Shown one piece after another: positions 1-10,513 of a stretch of DNA of 64,000 bases. The translations under genes were made by a program, and so were the position numbers. The stretch's first letter is position 1. Each line of letters starts with the position of its first letter. A model generated the notes under the pieces. That model made no database searches and was not told the DNA's origin. It saw only the letters and a list, made by a program, of their open reading frames with translations. The stretch comes from Candidatus Dadabacteria bacterium (GTDB lineage Bacteria > Desulfobacterota_D > UBA1144 > Nemesobacterales > CSP1-2): assembly GCA_963805855.1 (NCBI GenBank), contig CAWDVW010000005.1, positions 1 to 64,000 of the forward strand. The letters are read 5' to 3'.

Positions 1-1974
1 CTTTCTCTCTTCGACAGCTCTTTCTAAATCCTGAGCCGTTATTTCTACAGTTCTATTTTCTGCCAAGGCTCTCATAATGAGGTCTTGTAGATTAACCCCT
101 TCTAAAACAAAACCAACGATCTCTGAAATCTTTCCTCCCAGATGTTTTTCTATGATTGCTACTTTCTGCATCAGTCTTGCAAGAATTTGGCCTTCCCTAG
201 TATCTGTAACAAAAAGGTTGTGTACTTTTACATCCCTTTTCTGTCCATAGCGATGAAGCCTTCCAATCCTCTGGTCAATGCGGTTGGGATTCCAGGGAAG
301 ATCATAGTTGACCATTATGTGACAGAATTGAAGATTAATTCCCTCCCCAGCAGCGTCGGTTGCTACCATAAGGTTAAAGGAAGGAGAGTGGAAGTGTTCT
401 TCCGCTTCTCTTCTTGCGCCCATTTCCATTTCCCCATGTATTACCAAGGGATTATAGCCACGATCTTTTAAAATCGTGATTATATAGTCAAGGGTATCCC
501 TATACTCTGTAAAAATAAGAATCTTCTCCTTTGGGTCTTTTTTGAGAATACCATCAATAAACTCTAAAAGAGCCTCCCCTTTTGAATCTATGGTGATTTC
601 TTCTGAATACTTCACTAGGGTTTTAAGTACACTGATTTCCTTTTGTAGTTCTTCAGGGGTTGTAGAAAGGCTTAAAACTTCAAGCCGTTTTTCAAAACGC
701 CCTCTTTCCCAGTCATCCATCGAATCCGGGTCTTCAAAGTAATCACGCAGCCTTCCTACTTCTTCCTTGGCAAGTGGAATAACCCCTTTCACAAGGTTAG
801 TTAGCCTATTTTTGAGGGAGGATCTAATGGCAGCAACTGAAGATACCATCCTTTTTTGCAAAAGCACCATGGCAAAACCCGACAACTCTGTTATTTTGCA
901 TTTTGGCAAGATTATAGAATTCCTGTACATAGGAAGTTACAGCATCATATAGTATTTTCTCTTTATCACTGTAAGTTAATTGGTATAGTGACTACCTCTC
1001 TTGGACGGAATACTGGTTTTCCCTGAGCATCTATGATGCCATCCTTTCCCCTTCGGATCATGATGTTATTGAGCTTATCAGAGACGATTTTACTTTCATT
1101 CTCAAAAATGTAGGGATCAATAAGTGTAAGAAGGCTATAAAAGGCGAATGGATCCCCTTTGTGTGGGGTAGCGGTGAGAAGGATAAGGGATTCTGTTTTA
1201 TCATAGAGAGACTGGGCTAGTTTGAATCTCAGAGAGCGTTCGATTTTATTTCCGTATTTGGTGGCGGAGAGTTTATGGGCTTCGTCAAAAATAATGACGT
1301 CCCAATTTGTTCTCTCTAACTCATTTAAAATATCTTCTCTTTTAACATAATCCAAGGAGGCGATAATCTTTTGATTAACCTCCCAAACATTAGCATCCTT
1401 TGGAAGGGATTGTCTCAGCGCTTCAATATAAGCTGAGTTATAAATGATAAAATTTTCGTCAAACCTTTCCCGTAATTCTCTTTGCCATTGGAAACAAAGG
1501 GGTGCGGGGACAACGATGAGTATCCTTTTCGCAAATCCTCTAAGAGAAAGTTCCTTTAGGAGCATCCCTGTTTCAATTGTTTTCCCTAAACCTACGTCAT
1601 CAGCAATAAGGATTCTATTCTTATAGGTATTGAGGGCTTTATACACTGCATCCACCTGATAAGGCTCAAGATTTGTCCTTGTGAAAGACAGGGAGAGAAG
1701 ATGATCGTAGGCATAAGCCAATGAGAGGCGAATAGCCTCATAGTGCAAGTCAAAATGAGAGTGCGAATCAAAAATATTGTTTTGTAGTTGTTCCAAGGGA
1801 GAGAGTAATTTGTCTATCTTGGTAGGTGGAGAAACAAAATCCTTTGCTGGTCCCTCTTCAAATGCAACTTTAATAATCGAGGCAGTTCCTCTATCCACGA
1901 GTCCTTATAATTTCACCAATTTTATCTCCAACCCTTACCTTATCACCGATTGTAAACTCAGTATGTAGCTGCAT
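1..1974 (-). pseudogene. SNF2/RapA-like SF2 helicase, broken by three single-base insertions (or sequencing errors); runs off the window start
   Basis: ORF 966-1898 has ILIADDVGLGKT (Walker A), IIFDEAH and LTATP. Manual translation finds an upstream piece from ATG 1974 (MQLHTEFTIGDKVRVGDKIGEII), a middle piece 973-878 (YSDKEKILYDAVTSYVQEFY), and an open frame 873-1 with KILIFTEYRDT and ATDAAGEGINLQFCHIMVNYDLPWNPNRIDQRIGRLHRYGQ. Extra bases lie at about 1905, 974-977 and 874-877. Confidence 0.85.
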
Positions 1975-2238
1975 AACGACTCTAAACGCTTAAATTATCA
2001 ATGCTTTCATCAAGTTATCTAATAATACATTATGCCTTTGATGAACACCAAACATCGCTTTAAGACCGATTATGTCTCTATATAAGGATAATTCTCTGGG
2101 GCCACCTTGAATAAATGATTTATTTTTCTAGTTGTTCTTCTGTCCCTCGGTTCTTCTCAATCGCCTTTGGCACTTTTCTCATCAAGAAGTTCTGCTTTCT
2201 TGTCGCCTTTTTTTTTCATTATCAATTAGGAGATGAGT

Positions 2239-2264
2239 GGAGGACTAAAGTCCTCCGCTACATG
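2239..2264 (-). repeat. GTAG-type REP-like palindrome
   Basis: GGAGGACTAAAGTCCTCCGCTACATG is the exact reverse complement of 46883-46908. Confidence 0.8.
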
Positions 2265-3125
2265 ACTATTTGCGGCTTTTTAGAGAAGGGTTGAAACATA
2301 AGAAAAACCGATCTACAAGGGACAGTACTCTTAACTTACTCAATCATGGAGGGAGATGGCGGACTGACTTTGCTTTTTGAATATCAGTTCGAAGTTGGAA
2401 ATTGGCAAAGCTATAATCGCAAATGTAATCATTTTTTCAGAAGCTTTTCTAGTGTTTTTCCATTCTTCATAATAAAGATTATAAATTCAAAAATCGATTT
2501 CTTGAAGCATCTAAGCGAGGACAGCCCTTACGATATCAATTTCTAATCTTTATAGAGGATTCCCATAAATTATCCCGGTTCGGCAACTATGACCTTACGC
2601 ATTCTGATTCGCCTTGAAAATGAGCTGGGACTCTTGACATCTACTTCAATGGTCATAACTTTAAGGGGACGCAACCCTTTAAGGATATTTATGGTGCTAA
2701 TCTTTATCGAGATGCCCATAAAAAAACAACGGTTCAAGCCAACTATTGACAACCGTATTAACTTATTTTTGTTCTTCCGGTCGTAATTTGAATACCTTTA
2801 TTAGTTTGCTTTTCAGTAGGCTCTCCCTTCTTGCCCTCTTTCTCTTCGTGGAGACACCGTAGTTCTTCAACAATTGCGATATCAGCTTTGGGTAACACAT
2901 TGGATTGAAGCCTTCATTATATTACAGAACTGAGAAATTTGGAATTGGCCAATACCTGTGAGAGTCACGATAGATCCTTTGTAAAAAAATGGGCATCGGG
3001 GACAGCTCTTAGCCAAGCACCTAACGTGTACGGTTCAAGGCGGACCCTAATCTCTCTTGTTTAGGAAATTAGCTCTTAACCGGGCTTGACAACTGGGAAG
3101 CAGTACATTCTCACTAGATAATCCC

Positions 3126-4084
3126 TTAGAATCCGACGAACCTTCCCTTTTTCAATATTAGCTCATCATCCACATAGACAGATGGATTCATAATAACGCC
3201 GTCTAAATGACTCGCAACCTTTACAAATCCTCCCATGCTTTTATTATCGCCAAAAGCTATATGTACAGTACCAATGGCCTTTTCATCCTCGAGTACACTA
3301 CCTGTTATTCGTGCCTTGTCGTTAGTTCCTATTCCGAGCTCAGCTAAATTAAACGCTAGCTTACCCAATGGCTTCATTATCGATAAAAGTTTTTTTGCGC
3401 CGTCCGCTCCGTCTATTCGTGAAGCAAATCCATCGATTACTTCGACCTTAATTATTTCATCTCGGAGTTTTCCAACTCCTGCCATAGACCCGTCAAAAAC
3501 AATTACGCCAACTGACTTGCCTTCTACTGGAGATATGTAACCCTCGCCAGCGGGTAGATTGCTGAAATCACCCGAATTGTGGTTAAGTCCAGTATCGGCA
3601 AGTCCGACCCTACCATCAATTGGCAACGCAACATCAGTGCCGCGGTCTGTTGTTATCCTAACGATACTGCCATCATGAAGAATATCGGCAATCTTTCTGC
3701 TTCTCTCAGCAATCTTATAATAGTCCGCACTAAGGGTCCTAATCATCGTTTCTTCGGTAATCCCCGGAAGCGTCGCAATCCTCACACCTTTACCACTTGC
3801 CTCGCGCCTAGCGTCAGTGTGACTGAGTGACATTGAAGTGGGTATCAAACGACATCTACGATTTTCATCAGTTCTGCTACAGCTGGCGGCGGCTCTTCAC
3901 CGTTAGATCGCCTTGGTATTATCTCAGTGATTATGGCTTCTGCTGCTAGTTGTTTGGAGGCTTCCCAAAGCGCATAGCCTATTTTTCTCAAAGGCTCGTC
4001 GGTTAAAATGAGTACTTTCTCATCTTGTTTTATTGCCATACAGTCTCTGGCAGCGATTAAAGCTGCGATCCTCATTTCATCCAT
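3126..4084 (-). CDS. Aminopeptidase (M29-like), split by a 1-nt deletion at about 3847
   Basis: ORFs 3845-4084 and 3126-3848 join as VDVV-LIPTSMSLSH if one T is added to the TTT run. Motifs NLPAGE, AELGIGTN, EDEKAIGTVHIAFG and HLD are present. Confidence 0.8.
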
Positions 4085-4552
4085 TAAATTTCAGTCCTCC
4101 AAAATAGTAATTCGATCGATATACTTTTCGAGTCCCAGATTGCAGAGGTATAATACAGGCGCTTACAGATCTTAAATAATTTTTTAACATAAATAGTAAT
4201 GATTGAAATATTCCAGGTAGCCTTGCTATTTTAAAGCCGTCGGGAGTCAACCTTACCAAATATCAAACGTTTGCCCGTCGCATTCTTAACCGCAATTTAA
4301 AAAGTATTAATAATATGATATTACCGCTCTTTTGTTGTTAATCAACAGATAGATCTTTTTAATACTCTTTAAACTCTAAATATCAAGAAATGTAAACATT
4401 AATTCAGCCAAAGTACGAAAGTCAACATTGAAAAATTCATATAATTTCAATCAAATGATCAATAGCTTTAATAAAACATATAGATTCTTCCAAATGATCT
4501 TAAAAAGATGGGATGGTTTTGGCTCAATGACCCGGTAGATCCATGATTCAAA

Positions 4553-5719
4553 TTATATAAAATCCCTGAGCAGTATCCCTATTTCACCCTGCCTGATTTT
4601 TTTCATGGAACGTCTCTCAATTTGCCTTATGCTCTCTCTGGTCAAACCAAAATATTCTCCGATTTCGTCTAGCGTGAATCCTTTCTCATAACCGATTCCA
4701 AATCTCATCCTTAGAACCTCTTGTTCCCTCGTTTCAAGTTTTGAAAGGGCTTCCAATATCTTTGATTTCAAAATACTTTTTTCCAATATTACATCGACCC
4801 TTGGTCGATCGTCAGTCATATAAAACTTTTTCGAACTATTACTATCTTCGAGAGTTGAAGCTGAAGCATCAATCGAAACAACACTCGTTTGAGTTAATTT
4901 AGATATTTTTTTTAATCTGCTAATACTTATTCCGGTTTCTTTTGCAATATCCTCAATTGCTGGCCGTTCGCCTTTTTCTTTCCTAAGCTTGATCATTGAT
5001 TTTTTGACTTTATTAGCCCTCTCAAGAACGCGGACTGGTACTCTTACAATTCTGGTCTGGTCAAGCAATGCTCTAGATATACTCTGGAAAATCCACCAAG
5101 ACGCATAAGTCGAGAATCTGAATCCCTTTGATGCATCATACATTTTGACTGCCTTAATTAAGCCAAGATTACCCTCCTGTATGAGGTCCGCTAGCGGAAG
5201 CCCTCTGTCTACGAACTTTATCGCCATGCTCACGACTAGCCTTAGATTGGCTTTAATGAATCTATGATTGAAGTCATTTGCTTTTTTTGAACAAGCTATC
5301 ATCAATGATGAAAGCCTTTGTATCCTTTTTAAACAGTTTGAACTTTTCTCCCTTTTATCATAGACCCCGGAGATTTGTTTGTTCTTTCTTAACGGCACGG
5401 AAACTCTACAAGCACGTCTGTCTTCTAAATCAGATATCGATTTATGGAGAATTTTCTTTAGCTCTTTAGCCTTTTTTTCATATATCTTCATCTTCACTGA
5501 AATCCGAATTTCTTCAACCGCATTGAAAAGAGGCTCGTTACCAACCTCCCTGAAATATGTCTGTAGAATCCTTGTATCTTCTTCATTTCTAAACTTCCTA
5601 CGTCTAGTGCCGGAGTATTTGCTATCTATTGTTGAGTCCGGTCTATTCACGCTCAATTTACGTGAAATGTCTTCTATTGAAGATACTGATCGAAGCCATT
5701 TTTCTTTTTCGTTAGACAT
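4553..5719 (-). CDS. RNA polymerase sigma70-family factor (RpoD/RpoS-like, non-primary)
   Basis: Motifs ANLRLVVS, DLIQEGNLGLIKAV and GFRFSTYASWWI, plus region 4 TLDEIGEYFGLTRESIRQIE. Start is placed at ATG 5719 after SD GAGGAGGT (5728-5735). Confidence 0.9.
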   Translation of the reverse strand: MSNEKEKWLRSVSSIEDISRKLSVNRPDSTIDSKYSGTRRRKFRNEEDTRILQTYFREVGNEPLFNAVEEIRISVKMKIYEKKAKELKKILHKSISDLEDRRACRVSVPLRKNKQISGVYDKREKSSNCLKRIQRLSSLMIACSKKANDFNHRFIKANLRLVVSMAIKFVDRGLPLADLIQEGNLGLIKAVKMYDASKGFRFSTYASWWIFQSISRALLDQTRIVRVPVRVLERANKVKKSMIKLRKEKGERPAIEDIAKETGISISRLKKISKLTQTSVVSIDASASTLEDSNSSKKFYMTDDRPRVDVILEKSILKSKILEALSKLETREQEVLRMRFGIGYEKGFTLDEIGEYFGLTRESIRQIERRSMKKIRQGEIGILLRDFI

Positions 5720-5747
5720 CCGTTGATACCTCCTCACCCCTATAACC

Positions 5748-5763
5748 GCAATGAATGTGCCAA
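5748..5763 (-). promoter_or_regulatory. sigma54 -24/-12 promoter of the sigma70-family gene
   Basis: Minus strand TTGGCACATTCATTGC matches TGGCAC-N5-TTGC exactly and lies just upstream of the SD. Confidence 0.8.
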
Positions 5764-5854
5764 GTGATCCTATTTCTATAACTCACTGAAATTACTGGGT
5801 TACTTTTGTCTTGCGAAAGATCGATATTAGCAATTTTTGGCAGCTTTCGGATAG

Positions 5855-5878
5855 CTTTTGACAAAAGTTGTCAGAAAG
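5855..5878. promoter_or_regulatory. Candidate enhancer-binding-protein site
   Basis: Imperfect palindrome CTTTTGACAA-AAG-TTGTCAGAAAG about 100 bp upstream of the sigma54 promoter. Confidence 0.4.
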
Positions 5879-6004
5879 TTGTATTTACGGTCTAAAAATC
5901 AATTAAGTGGCAGATTGTAATGTTGCAGAATAGTTTCAACGATTTTTGGGAGATAGAAAACCAATATTACTTACTCATAGATTTATCTCCATAAGAGCAA
6001 TCGA

Positions 6005-6033
6005 TTGACAATACAATGATTTATTGTATTAAT
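6005..6033 (+). promoter_or_regulatory. sigma70 promoter with overlapping palindromic operator
   Basis: TTGACA at 6005-6010 and an AT-rich -10 (TATTAAT) at 6027-6033. The inverted repeat AATACAAT-N5-ATTGTATT spans 6010-6030. Confidence 0.5.
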
Positions 6034-6068
6034 ATTAAGTCATTTAAAAAGATCGAGGAGGGCTGGTA

Positions 6069-6269
6069 ATGACAGTTAAGAGAATTTGTTGGGATTGTCC
6101 TGACGCCCCTGTAAGAGAATGGAGCATCCTCTCCGAATCAAGTGCAAGGGAAGGTCATTTGATTAATATAAGTTGTCCGAACTGCAAAAAGGAATCAAGA
6201 ATATTTGGCTGGATGGTAGGTTGTGATTGTGATTCATGTAAGACCCAAGTCATAGGTGCAGCCAAATAG
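6069..6269 (+). CDS. Small Cys-rich putative metal-binding protein
   Basis: 66 aa with SD GAGGAG and CxxC, CxxC, CxCxxC motifs. Confidence 0.7.
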   Translation: MTVKRICWDCPDAPVREWSILSESSAREGHLINISCPNCKKESRIFGWMVGCDCDSCKTQVIGAAK

Positions 6270-6445
6270 AAATCGATTCATTGCCATTAAATGAGGATAA
6301 ATAAAGATCTCATTATAATCTTTACTTGAAGAGTTTGTTATAACACGGGCTTAAAATATACAAAATGCTTTTTTCTTTTCTTGGCCAAGAGCAACCAAAA
6401 TCAATTACGCGGCTACGCTGACTCAGGTCCAAATAGACAATTTAG

Positions 6446-7372
6446 ATGAAAGTGCTTTTAACAGGTGGTGCGGGTTTTATCGGTTCCTGGGTAGGAGAGG
6501 CTCTAATTGCCAACGGAAACGAAATTTTTATCATAGATGACCTCTCCACCGGCAAGATTCAAAACATACCAAAAGATGCAAACTTTGTTAAGGCCGATAT
6601 AAAAGATCGAGACCGGCTCGAAAAAATATTCGAGGATTTTAAACCAGAAGTAGTTAATCATCATGCCGCTCAAATGAATGTCAGGAACTCCGTGGAAGAT
6701 CCTATATTCGATGCGCAAGTGAACATACTCGGCACGATAAATCTATTAGAGCTATCGATACAACACGAAATAAAGAAATTCATGTTTGCATCGACTGGTG
6801 GAGCCATCTACGGAGAGCCTGAAGTCATCCCATGCATAGAAGACACGCTTCCAGCACCTGTTTCTCCATATGGTATTTCAAAATATGCGGTCGAACAATA
6901 TCTAAATTACTATAAAGCAGTCCACGGCCTTTCTCACGTCGTTTTGAGATATTCTAACGTATACGGCCCTAGGCAAAATCCACATGGTGAAGCAGGAGTT
7001 GTCTCTATTTTCTGTGATCGAATTAAATACGGCAATCCATGCGAAATTTTTGGAGACGGAAAGCAAACTAGGGACTATGTTTATGTAGAGGATGTTGCCA
7101 GGGCAAATATTTTAAGCCTAAATGCTAAAGATGCTATACTCAACATCGGAACAGCAATTGAAACATCTGTTAATGATATCGTAAGCAAATTGAGAACAGT
7201 CACAAATAGGGATGTGCAAGTTATATATAGCCCACGCCGCAGAGGAGAAGTAGATAGAATTGCCCTCGAAATAAAGCGAGCAGAGGAGCTCCTGGGATGG
7301 TCTCCGCACGTGAGCTTAGAAGAGGGCCTTTCAAGGACATGGGAATGGTTCAGTAGCGAACGGGCTGGCTAA
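6446..7372 (+). CDS. NAD-dependent epimerase/dehydratase (UDP-glucose 4-epimerase-like)
   Basis: TGGAGFIGS, YGISK (YxxxK), LRYSNVYGPRQ. Confidence 0.92.
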   Translation: MKVLLTGGAGFIGSWVGEALIANGNEIFIIDDLSTGKIQNIPKDANFVKADIKDRDRLEKIFEDFKPEVVNHHAAQMNVRNSVEDPIFDAQVNILGTINLLELSIQHEIKKFMFASTGGAIYGEPEVIPCIEDTLPAPVSPYGISKYAVEQYLNYYKAVHGLSHVVLRYSNVYGPRQNPHGEAGVVSIFCDRIKYGNPCEIFGDGKQTRDYVYVEDVARANILSLNAKDAILNIGTAIETSVNDIVSKLRTVTNRDVQVIYSPRRRGEVDRIALEIKRAEELLGWSPHVSLEEGLSRTWEWFSSERAG

Positions 7373-7412
7373 ACAACCTTGAATAAGTGACCTAAAGCAC
7401 TCAAAGGTAAAA

Positions 7413-8399
7413 ATGGATTTCTCGGAACTCAATCGTTTAAGTAGCGGATTTATCCTGTCTAGAATTATACAGGTTGCTGTAACGACAGGAATATTCGATA
7501 AAATTGAAGCCCGGGGAACGACCTCAGAAGAAGTAGCTTCATGTATTAATACTAGCCCAAGGGCAACAGAACTATTTTTAAATGCCTTAGTAGCTATACG
7601 ACTACTATCAAAGGAATCTGGAAAATATTTCAACACGGCAATCTCACGCACCTATTTAGTCAAGAACTCCCCCAAATACTTTGGTGGGATGATTGTATTC
7701 GAACACAATTTATGGGATATGTGGGGCAAACTAGAAGAGTCGGTAAGAACGGGAATGCCTAGCAGAAAACCTGATATGTTTCAAAATACAGAAGATGAAA
7801 CGGAAAAATTTATATTGGCTATGCACTCACTCGTAAAGGCGAGAGGAGACGCCGAAGTCGTAAGTCACCTATTAGATCTTGGATGGGCAAATTCGTTGAT
7901 CGACATAGGTTCAGGACCGGGGACCTATCCAATTGAATTTATAAAGAAATATCCACAACTCGCAATTACAATATTTGACCTGCCGGGAACCCTACGCGTA
8001 ACAAGGAAAGTCCTGGAAGAGGAACATATGATAGGTCAAATTAGCTTATTCGAAGGAGATTATAGGAAGACTAAAATACCCGACGGTTTTGATGTGGCAT
8101 TTCTTTCAAATATCATTCACAGCGAAGACGAAACCACGAATCAAGATTTGATGAAAAATATCTATGAAGCGTTAAACACTGGAGGACTGCTAGTGATAAA
8201 AGATCATATATTGAATGAAGATCTTACCAGCCCCGCTGTGGGAGCTATCTTTTCTATTACAATGCTCCTAGCGACGAATGGTAGAGACTATTCATTTAAG
8301 GAAGTCTCTAGGTGGCTGGAAAAAGCTGGTTTTAAATATATAGAATGGAAACAATTATCAAATACGTTAGAATCATCGCTGATCACAGCGCGAAAATAA
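7413..8399 (+). CDS. SAM-dependent O-methyltransferase with dimerisation domain
   Basis: IDIGSGPG, FDLP, GDY, FLSNIIH. Confidence 0.88.
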   Translation: MDFSELNRLSSGFILSRIIQVAVTTGIFDKIEARGTTSEEVASCINTSPRATELFLNALVAIRLLSKESGKYFNTAISRTYLVKNSPKYFGGMIVFEHNLWDMWGKLEESVRTGMPSRKPDMFQNTEDETEKFILAMHSLVKARGDAEVVSHLLDLGWANSLIDIGSGPGTYPIEFIKKYPQLAITIFDLPGTLRVTRKVLEEEHMIGQISLFEGDYRKTKIPDGFDVAFLSNIIHSEDETTNQDLMKNIYEALNTGGLLVIKDHILNEDLTSPAVGAIFSITMLLATNGRDYSFKEVSRWLEKAGFKYIEWKQLSNTLESSLITARK

Positions 8400-8476
8400 A
8401 ACCAAAATTCGTTTATTCCGAATATGATTGAACATAAGAACTCATCTTGGTATCATAAATTTCATGGAGGTAAAGT

Positions 8477-8680
8477 ATGGGTAATAAACCTGATTTTGTG
8501 TATGACGTGAGAACTATCGAAAGATATCTGCGTGAAGGGAAAATCACGAAAAATGAGTACGAACAGTACCTGAAAAATCTTCCAGATATGGTAGATGAAA
8601 GTTGTCCCTTGATTATAGATGATGAACCCATGGGGGAATTAGAAGTTGAATCGAATGATCATGAGGAAGAATCATCATGA
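8477..8680 (+). CDS. Small hypothetical protein with acidic tail
   Basis: SD GGAGG and ATGA coupling to the next gene; core sequence YDVRTIERYLREGKIT...YLKNLPD. Confidence 0.7.
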   Translation: MGNKPDFVYDVRTIERYLREGKITKNEYEQYLKNLPDMVDESCPLIIDDEPMGELEVESNDHEEESS

Positions 8681-8886
8681 ATTGGGAATACAAAATAATC
8701 TCGGTAGATGAATTGTTTTCGGAACATGAAGATCATGACATAGCTGTTTCAAAGCAGGCTGCTTCATCACGGCGGTCGAGGATAGGAAAAGGTCTTGAAC
8801 ACAATCTGAACAAGCAAGGTGAGCTAGGGTGGGAACTAATTAACATTTTTGGCGAGTTTGGAATTTTCAAAAAACCCAAGCTTTAG
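8677..8886 (+). CDS. DUF4177-like small protein
   Basis: WEYKII ... LNKQGELGWELI ... FKKP pattern. Confidence 0.7.
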   Translation: MNWEYKIISVDELFSEHEDHDIAVSKQAASSRRSRIGKGLEHNLNKQGELGWELINIFGEFGIFKKPKL

Positions 8887-8899
8887 CAAATTCATATTG

Positions 8900-10432
8900 T
8901 TACTCCCACTCTATGGTGCTCGGAGGTTTGGTTGAAACATCATATACCACACGGTTTACACCCTTAACTTCGTTTATGATACGTACAGATACGGTTTCCA
9001 AAACATCATAAGGTATGCGAGCCCAATCAGCAGTCATCCCGTCTACGCTTGTAACAGCCCTCAAGGCAATTACATTCTCATACGTTCTTTCATCACCCAT
9101 AACTCCTACTGTTTTAATCGGCAGAAAAACACAAAAAGCCTGCCAAATATCATCATATATTCCCGCTTTCTTTATCTCCTCAATGAATATCGCATCGGAC
9201 TGTCTAAGATCTCTTAGCTTATCCTCGTCCACTACACCGATGATTCTAATTGCCAGACCGGGGCCAGGGAATGGGTGACGTTTGAGAATGTCTGGATGGA
9301 TTCCAAGCTCGCGACCTACCTCTCTTACCTCATCCTTAAACAGCTCTCTCAACGGCTCAACCAGTCTCAGTTTCATATTTTTAGGAAGACCTCCCACGTT
9401 ATGATGTGACTTAATCTTCGACGATGGTCCCTTAACGCTGATACTTTCTATGACATCCGGATAAAGGGTCCCCTGAGCAAGAAATTCGGCCTTATCAATC
9501 TTGGATGCCTCCTCGTCAAAAACCCTTATAAACTCTTCACCGATTATTTTCCTCTTTTCCTCCGGATCCTCCACACCCCGAAGCTTTTGTAAGAATCTAT
9601 CTTTCGCATCCACATGAATTACATTAAGCCCCATCTTGCTGTAAACATCTAAAACCTCTGATACTTCATCGAGTCTCAAGAGTCCAGTATCAACAAAGAA
9701 ACAGTAAAGTCTGTCCCATACGGCACGTTGCAAGATCAGAGCTGTAACAGACGAATCGACTCCGCCAGAAATTGCACATACTACGTTGGAATCTCCGACC
9801 TTTTCTCTAATTTCTCTTATCGCGTCTTCGGCAAAGGATCTGGGAGTCCAATCGCCCTCGCACCTCGCGATCTTAAATATAAAATTTGATAGAATCTCTT
9901 TTCCATATGCCGTGTGCACCACTTCTGCATGGAATTGAATACCGAAGATCTTGTCTCTGTGACTTTTTATTGCAGCGATTGGTGAATTGTCGCTCGATGC
10001 AATAGCCGAAAACCCGGCGGGCAACTCGAGCACTCGGTCGCTGTGAGACATCCAAACAGAGGTTTTTTGGGGAATACCCGAGAAAATATCCGCATCATCG
10101 GTTATCTCAACTTCAGACGGTCCAAATTCTCTTCTCTTGGAGCGCTCAACTTTCCCTCCCAGCAGGTGTACTATTAGTTGCATCCCGTAACATATACCCA
10201 GTACGGGAACGCCTAATTCAAATATCATATGAGTTAAAGTAGGAGAACAATCATCCCATACGCTTGCAGGACCACCGGAAAGAATCACTGCCTTGGGTTG
10301 AATTTCAACAATTTCGTCTGTTGAAATATTGAAAGGTCTGATCTCTGAAAAAACACCTAACTCACGAATTCTTCTTGCTATAAGCTGTGTATACTGAGAT
10401 CCAAAATCCAGGACTAATACCTTTTCTCTCAT
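8900..10432 (-). CDS. guaA: GMP synthase (glutamine-hydrolysing)
   Basis: [50 protein letters not shown]. Confidence 0.98.
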   Translation of the reverse strand: MREKVLVLDFGSQYTQLIARRIRELGVFSEIRPFNISTDEIVEIQPKAVILSGGPASVWDDCSPTLTHMIFELGVPVLGICYGMQLIVHLLGGKVERSKRREFGPSEVEITDDADIFSGIPQKTSVWMSHSDRVLELPAGFSAIASSDNSPIAAIKSHRDKIFGIQFHAEVVHTAYGKEILSNFIFKIARCEGDWTPRSFAEDAIREIREKVGDSNVVCAISGGVDSSVTALILQRAVWDRLYCFFVDTGLLRLDEVSEVLDVYSKMGLNVIHVDAKDRFLQKLRGVEDPEEKRKIIGEEFIRVFDEEASKIDKAEFLAQGTLYPDVIESISVKGPSSKIKSHHNVGGLPKNMKLRLVEPLRELFKDEVREVGRELGIHPDILKRHPFPGPGLAIRIIGVVDEDKLRDLRQSDAIFIEEIKKAGIYDDIWQAFCVFLPIKTVGVMGDERTYENVIALRAVTSVDGMTADWARIPYDVLETVSVRIINEVKGVNRVVYDVSTKPPSTIEWE

Positions 10433-10513
10433 ATAAGAATATTAAGATAATCTGGGTTTGGTCAAAATTTAACGTCTGGTAATGAGAAATTTGCGCTCAA
10501 AATAAATTAAGAG

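Noticed and set aside
2985-3110. 6S RNA, cobalamin riboswitch or RNase P assignment
   Set aside because: Only short motif resemblances (CCTTGAACC, GGYTAAGAG, CTGTCCCCG); the other conserved elements are missing.
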